From assembly GCA_013239625.1 (NCBI GenBank), contig MU053376.1, positions 1,326,833-1,390,832 of the forward strand: a stretch of 64,000 bases of DNA, written 5' to 3'. Both the position numbers and the translations under genes were made by a program. Each line of letters begins with the position of its first letter. Position 1 is the stretch's first letter. This DNA is from Lama guanicoe. Lineage: Eukaryota. Of the stretch, positions 58,401-64,000 are shown piece by piece. The notes under the pieces were generated by a model. The model had not been told where the DNA came from, did not search any database, and worked only from the letters and a program-made list of their open reading frames with translations.

Positions 58401-61400
58401 AGATTCCACAGGGTAGCGCACTGGTCACGCAGCGCTTGCTCCTGGGGCTGGAGAGGCACTTTTCCAAGTTAGGAGACTGGTTTTTCCTATCTCAATGGCC
58501 GCCCAACTTTCCTCGAATTTCTAATCGCCGCCATCTCTGCTGTGCCAGATCGGCGTGGTGGTGACGTTCCTGGTGCTTCTTGTTTTCTCCTACAACGTCA
58601 TCTTCCTGTTCGTGGGGACAGCCAGTCTGGGCCTGTTCCTAAGTAGCACCTTCCCCAGCCTGCTGGCCTACACCGAGGACATCCTGCAGTACAAAGGTGA
58701 GTTTGGGGTGGGGAGGGGCGTGAATAGTGCCAAAGCCCTCCTTTAGGCTGGGTGCTGCCCCCCACCAGGCCACGCTTCCTGGGGTCCTCCAGCCAGAAGC
58801 TCCCTGCCCCACTTACTCATGGAAGCAAATGCTCCCCCCGACTCTGGTGGGAACAGGCTCACTGACGAGGTTGTTCTGACCCACGTGGCTCCCTCCGCTC
58901 GACATTATACCTGTATCATGTGATTTCAGACCACGGAGAAAACACAGTAAGCATCTCTTTCCCATTTTCTTTCTCCCCAGAGTAGTGGCTCCTGACCCAC
59001 AGCTGGCATTTTGTGTAACATGCACGTGCTGGAAAGTCCAAGTTCACAGAAAAGCAAAGTTGCAGGGGAAACACTGAGGCATTGGAAAGGAGTTTCGTAA
59101 CTTATCACTAAAAGAACCGCCTTGCTTTGTTGTTCTTGTGAACGCTGTTCGAAACAGATTAGAACAAGGATTCCACACCTGATCTGGGGTTGTGACATAG
59201 CTTCCTTAAAGTCAGAAACCTCTAATTCGGTCGATGCATCTTCCTTTTCTGTAGTCTTCCAAGTCTGTACAGTAAATATCTTTTTGTTAAATAAAAAAAG
59301 TTAATTATGAACATGTAATGTTACCCTTAGGAGTAACCAGAGACTCCCTAGGGTGTTGGAAAACCAGCATTAAAGATGAGTGATTTCTTTAGAGCAGGAA
59401 TGAGGGAAATTGGTGTTTGGCGGGGTTGAGGTCGGGGCAAGGCCAGATCAGAGCAATTATCTGCTGAGTTGATCCTGAGACCTGGAGTCCCTGAAATATA
59501 GAGATAATCCCCAAACCTCAAACAAGTAAAGTAATGAAATGATGTTGGTATCACATGTCACACAGGGTTTTAAGTGATCAGCAAGTGTTAGAGTTTAGTA
59601 ATAGTAATATTAAGTTGGTTGTCTCTGCTGCAAATGATCACTCAAATCCGTCCTCCTGTCTTCTCACCATCCCTGCACTAGTTCAGGCCTTTATCTCCAC
59701 TTACCTGCTTGGAATAGTTAATTGTGCCTAGCTTTTCGTAATTTCTAATCATCTCCATCCCTGCCTTGGCACGTCCTGGCTTGCCTCCTTGCCTTTGGAT
59801 TTGCCTCCGTCAGCGGTTCTCAAGGCTGGTTCCACATTTAAACCACCTGGGGCCCTTGTAACAAAGCCCACTGCCTGGGCATCATCAGCATAAAGTCTGA
59901 TGTAACTGGTCCTGAGCTGCTGGGTGATTCTGACGTGTAGCCAGGGTGAGGACCACTTATGGGGCCGTCCTCTGCACTGCTGCAGATGGCTTGCTTTAAA
60001 ACCCAGAGCTGATCACGGCCTTCATATCTCCCTGTGGAGCTCTTTCTCTCTCTCCAGACTTCTCCCTCTCTGCTTCCCCTCGAAGCCCACACTCTAGCCA
60101 TGTTGAATTACTTGTTCTTCCCTGCTGGCACGAAAACTATTCTGTATTCCCCCACTTTGACACATGGTGACCCCTCTGCCTGGAATGCCTCTTTACCCTT
60201 CCCACCCTTTTATCTTCTCCTCAAGTTCCTCTGAGCTCTGGGAAGTTTCTCTGATCCCACTGGGAGGGTGTGCCGCACTCCTTTGTACTGGCCTTTTGTG
60301 TTTGTCCCACCTCCAGGCTTTTGTACCCATGTTATCTGCGTTCTCTCCTTGACAGCATGCTCCCTGTGGGCACCAGCAAGGGACAAGGGTGAGAGCATGG
60401 GCTTGGAGGTTACCAGCAGACCTGAATGTCAGTCCTGCCTCCACACCTTCTGGCTTTGTGACCTTGTGCAGTTCAATTCCTTTCCCCTTTCTGAGCCTCA
60501 GTTTTCTTATCTGCAAAATTGGGATGCAAATACCTTCCTATTAGGATTGTTTTGTGCATTAGAGAAAATGTGAAGCTCTTGATTTGGCAGCATCCCTGGC
60601 TCACAGGTGCTTAGTATCTATGGTAACTCTAATTACTCATCTGGGTTCCTCGGTGTTTAGCACAGTACCCGATGCCCAGAGGGACTGAGAGGCTTTTGAA
60701 GGCATGAGTGGAATAGACAGGGGGTGCCACTGACCAGTGTTGAATCTAGAGAGGGTTTCATGGAAGAGCTGAGACTTGAGCTGGCCCAGGATTTGGAAAG
60801 TCAGAAAGAAAAACGAAAGGCATTCCAGGAAAGGGTGGGGCGGGGGCAGTGAACAGCCTGAGAGCAAAGACACAGAGACAGGTAGAAACGTTTAAGTGAG
60901 ATAAACGAGGAACTTGAAGCTCAGAGTAGACAGTGATGATCTGTGTTTGATTAAAAGTGGGGAGGTTACAGCTCAGTGGTAAAGTGCGTGCCTAGCATGC
61001 ATAAGGTCCTGGATTCGAACCCCGGTGCCGCCACCATTAAATAAATAAATAAACCTAATTACTTTCCCTCAAAAAAATTTAAAAAAAAAAAAGCTAGGTG
61101 ACAACCATACGTTGGCCACTGTGCTAATAATCAGCAGTGGTCTGTGCACTGAACTGAAAGTCAAGGCCAGGTCCTCTCTCCTGGGCTTACAGCCTTGTGG
61201 GGAAGGCTGCCTGGTAAACAGATCTGGGGATACGGATGTGGAGATGTGAGAGTAGGGGGTGGGGAGGGCTGCCGGAGCACAGAGGAGCAGCAAGAGACCC
61301 AGGTTCAGGGACGGCAGGAGCGGGAGAGGATTATGAAGGAAATCTGAACCTGGACTTGTTACAAGATGAACAGGAGTTTGCCAAAGAGAAGGAGGAAGAG

Positions 61401-63654
61401 GAATGTTCAGGAGGGAGTGAAGGCGTGTGTCAGAAGCTGGCGGGGAGAGTGTGTGCGGGGTCAGGAGACAGAAGAGAGCTTCTCCTGGAGGTAGAGCTGT
61501 CAATGTGGGCACATTATAAAGGGCCCTGCAAACTACATTAAAGTGTTTGGACTTGATCCTGACAGCGGCGTTGAAGGGTTTAAACAGAGAACTGGCCTGG
61601 TTTCGAGGGTTTTCTGTGTGTCAGCGCTATGCCACGCACTCGCTTGTATCACGTCCGAGTTGTCTACACAGCAACCCTGCGAAGGAGGTGTTGTCGTGCG
61701 CGCTTTACAGAAGGAAACCAAGGCCTGGAGAGAAGGGAAAGGATTTGCCTAAAGTCACCTGACTAGTAGGTGACAGTGAGCTTGGAACCCAAGTCTGGCT
61801 CTGAAGGTCTATACCCTGTTGTGGGATTAACCAGAGGTGTGTCTGGTCGGTGCAGTGCCAGGGCAGTGTGGACACTGGCCTGCTTAGCAGAGGGCTGGCC
61901 TGAGGAGATCAGGAAGTCTTCCTGGAGAGGTAGTTGGCAGTCAGATTGGGAAGGTCCCTGAATGCCAGGCTAAGCCAGAACTTACCCTGAAGACAATCAT
62001 GAGGAATGGACGATTTCAGAATAAGGAAGGAATTATAGTGACAGTAGGACCTGAGAATTCCCAAAGCCAAGTTAAGGGCTCAAGGCTAAGAAATCGTAGG
62101 AATTCAAAACAGTCCTCTTAGGCAGTCGCATCGTTTTTCCAGAGGCTTCCCAGAAACAACCTGGATTGTGCCAGCAGTCGTCTGTCTCCTTAGCTGGCTT
62201 TTGCTAAGCCAAATCCTTCTCTTTTGGTCAGGCTGTGCGACCACGGTGCTGGTGACCGGGGCAGGCATCGGCGAGATGGTCCTCCAGATGCTGGTTGGTT
62301 CGGTACGTGGGGCAGCGCGGGGTGGGGGAGTCTTCGGGGTGTGCTCCTCCAGGCAGGTGAGACGACGTGGCCGGCCCCCTTCTGAACCCACGCTCCCCCT
62401 TCCCTGAGCCTCCCACACAGCAAGCGGGGCTCCACTCTCTCTCCTGTTTCCGTCTCCGAGTCAGCCTTGAAAGCTGAGCCTCCAAATGTGGGACCTGGAG
62501 ATGCGAAGGATACGTGGTACCGTCCAAAGCAAACACAAGCCCTGTCTGGGAGCAGGGCCAGAGGCCCCGCGGGAACGTTTAGCTCTCAGAGCCCGGGCTG
62601 GGTTTGGGCTGCAGGCAGAGTTCCTTTCCAGCCCTCTCCACCTACCGCTCCCTGCCCCACCTCTCCTCGCCTTTGGCCGCCCTACAAAGGGCCCGGCTTT
62701 CCTGCCCACCTCCGGCCCTGATCAAGGGCCGACTTGCCCAGTTCTCTTCAAACATACCCCCATTTCATCTGTTCACCAGGAAGGGAAAAATACATCTGCT
62801 TTTGACAGAAGACTAGAATGTAAACACCGCTGTTCTCCTTTTTACAAAGGACGATGTTGCATCTCAGAGAAATTAAGCGACTTGCCTTGGGTCACACTTC
62901 CGATAACCATCGGAATGATGACATTCCATCCTAGGTTTTTTCAAGTCTCCAAGATCCCTCTAACCACTCCTTGATTCTCCTCCCCTTTTCTTTCGCTCTG
63001 CTGGACAAGGGGGAAGAGCTACACCTTATGATGCCCTCTGCGCTGAGATGACGTGATGTCTGGGGCTTGCCTCGGTGCAACCCAGTGCAGGGGGGAGGTG
63101 GAGGGGGCAGAGGAAACCGGTGTTCGTTTCTGAAGTTGGTGATGGGTCCGTGGGAATTCCACGTGCTACTTTGGCACGTGTTTTCAACCTTCCATGACAG
63201 TTCTGGTCAGGCCTTGAGGGTATAGAATCTCCTAATATGATAGGAGTTTTAAGGAAGACATGGAGATTTTTAGAAGGTGCCAGGGCACAGAGCTAAAGGG
63301 ACCACAGGGGTCACTGGGTCCAACCCCTCCCCTTTACTGCAGGATTTCTGCCACCTTCAGAAACGTAACTTGAAACGAGGCCAAGATGTCCATCCTACCT
63401 GTGTTTCTATCAATTGGTGTGACGGGCCTCAACTCGACTGAAAAACCTACTGAGGCCTGAGAAGGCTGCTGCCTCCCATACATCTTCGTGGGCGGTTTTG
63501 CTGATCTGTATCTCTGTGTTCCCCCCTTGGCAGGTTTTCCAGGCTCGGGGCAGCTATAGTTTCCTGGTCTGCGGCGTGATCTTTGGGTGCCTGGCTTTCA
63601 CCTTCTATATCTTGCTCCTGTTTTTCCACAGGATGCACTCTGGACTCTCATCAG
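40245..63654 (+). CDS. MFSD4A: Major facilitator superfamily domain-containing 4A, exons 1-9; join(40245..40474,49823..50021,50697..50957,53870..54038,54462..54577,55660..55833,58549..58696,62232..62302,63534..>63654)
   Basis: The spliced ORF of 496 codons (MGCDVRVSGLLRRNLQPTLTYWSVFFSFGLCIAFLGPTLLDL...FYILLLFFHRMHSGLSS) has multiple hydrophobic MFS helices and matches MFSD4A as I recall it. All junctions are GT-AG and in frame. The final exon is outside the window. Confidence 0.96.
40532..40594. other. Assembly gap (63 N) after a poly(C) run in MFSD4A intron 1
   Basis: N run preceded by a C homopolymer at 40514-40531. Confidence 0.99.
42240..42460 (-). mobile_element. MIR SINE
   Basis: 'tcatttaaccttcacaaccaccctgta...ggaaactgaagttcagggaggttaagaaacttgccc...gatttgaaccca'. 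Confidence 0.8.
44130..44710 (+). mobile_element. L1MB-like LINE 3' fragment in MFSD4A intron 1
   Basis: 'gtccacacaaaaacttgtacatgaatgttcatagcagcattattcataa...gagacagaaagtagat...gactgctaatgggcatgg'. Confidence 0.85.
49823..50021 (+). CDS. MFSD4A: MFSD4A exon 2
   Basis: LAQSLWALFTSS...IYQKDSAVFLQ; donor GTGAGC at 50022. Confidence 0.95.
50697..50957 (+). CDS. MFSD4A: MFSD4A exon 3
   Basis: VLHFFVGFGALLSPLIADPF...YAFWIMALIN; donor GTGAGT at 50958. Confidence 0.95.
53870..54038 (+). CDS. MFSD4A: MFSD4A exon 4
   Basis: LPVPMAVLYLLSKERLLTCCPQRRP...SLPPKFQPNA; donor GTGGG at 54039. Confidence 0.92.
54462..54577 (+). CDS. MFSD4A: MFSD4A exon 5
   Basis: HEDLFSCCQRRNFKGAPYSFFAIHITAALVLFMTDGMT; donor GTGAGC at 54578. 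Confidence 0.95.
55660..55833 (+). CDS. MFSD4A: MFSD4A exon 6
   Basis: GAYSAFVYSYAVEKP...KPATMVFVNV; donor GTAAGT at 55834. Confidence 0.95.
57319..57475 (+). mobile_element. Vic-1-like SINE inserted in a MER5-like element
   Basis: 'gggtatagctcagtggtaagagcacgtgcttagcatgtatgaggtcctgggttcaattgccagtacctccattaaaa'. Confidence 0.88.
58549..58696 (+). CDS. MFSD4A: MFSD4A exon 7
   Basis: IGVVVTFLVLLVFSYNVIFLFVGTASLGLFLSSTFPSLLAYTEDILQYK; donor GTGAGT at 58697. Confidence 0.95.
60410..60575 (+). mobile_element. MIR SINE
   Basis: 'tgtgaccttgtgcagtt...tctgagcctcagttttcttatctgcaaaattgggat'. Confidence 0.75.
60959..61092 (+). mobile_element. Vic-1-like SINE
   Basis: 'ggggaggttacagctcagtggtaaagtgcgtgcctagcatgcataaggtcctggattcgaacccc...ataaacctaattac' plus poly(A). 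Confidence 0.88.
62232..62302 (+). CDS. MFSD4A: MFSD4A exon 8
   Basis: CATTVLVTGAGIGEMVLQMLVGS; donor GTACGT at 62303. Confidence 0.94.
63534..63654 (+). CDS. MFSD4A: MFSD4A exon 9
   Basis: VFQARGSYSFLVCGVIFGCLAFTFYILLLFFHRMHSGLSS; donor GTAAGG at 63655. Confidence 0.95.
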
Positions 63655-64000
63655 GTAAGGAAAGAATCTGTTTCTACACAAGAGGAGGAAAACAGAGCAG
63701 GGGGGGGCATGTGGGAGATGCTGTGGATCTTAGCACACCCCCAGCGATGTTCTGTTCCAAGTAAAATGCAAGGAAATGTTTATTTTTCTACAGCTTCCTT
63801 TTCCCCTCTTCCTGCTTTGTCCTACAATTGTCTGAGCTCCACTCTCAGGGCAGGAGGGAACAGGACAGGCTGACTCATGGTTTCTCCATTCAGAGAGGGG
63901 CATGGACTGTGAACTGGCTTCCTACATCCCACCCTGCCATGGGACCGGGGGCCAAGAATGCCTTTCCAGCCTGTACAGAGACCTGAAAGGCAGAGCCTGC

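Noticed and set aside
1..64000. Prokaryote-type systems (CRISPR arrays, operons, defence islands) or a novel multi-gene system
   Set aside because: The sequence is mammalian, with spliced CDK18 and MFSD4A in their usual order. I saw no repeat-spacer arrays or unexplained coding clusters.

Overview
Mammalian genomic DNA, very probably camelid (alpaca, vicuna or camel), judged from about 10 copies of a tRNA-Ala-derived SINE of the Vic-1 type. The window holds the last 8 coding exons and 3' UTR of CDK18 (PCTAIRE-3; + strand, 1-~5000), a ~35 kb repeat-rich intergenic region, and the CpG-island promoter plus coding exons 1-9 of MFSD4A (+ strand, 40245-63654; the last exon lies beyond the window). 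All splice junctions were read manually, are GT-AG and keep the frame. The intergenic region contains a degenerate ERV1-class provirus with both LTRs, a tRNA-Arg primer-binding site and env/integrase remnants (28445-35348, - strand). It also contains a four-level nested insertion carrying an unidentified polyadenylated retrocopy (~24000-25395) and an ancient CR1/L3 LINE broken up over ~13 kb. I see no evidence for a new multi-gene biological system. The notable observations concern mobile-element history, possible alternative splicing and candidate regulatory motifs. Most of the supplied ORFs are spurious.
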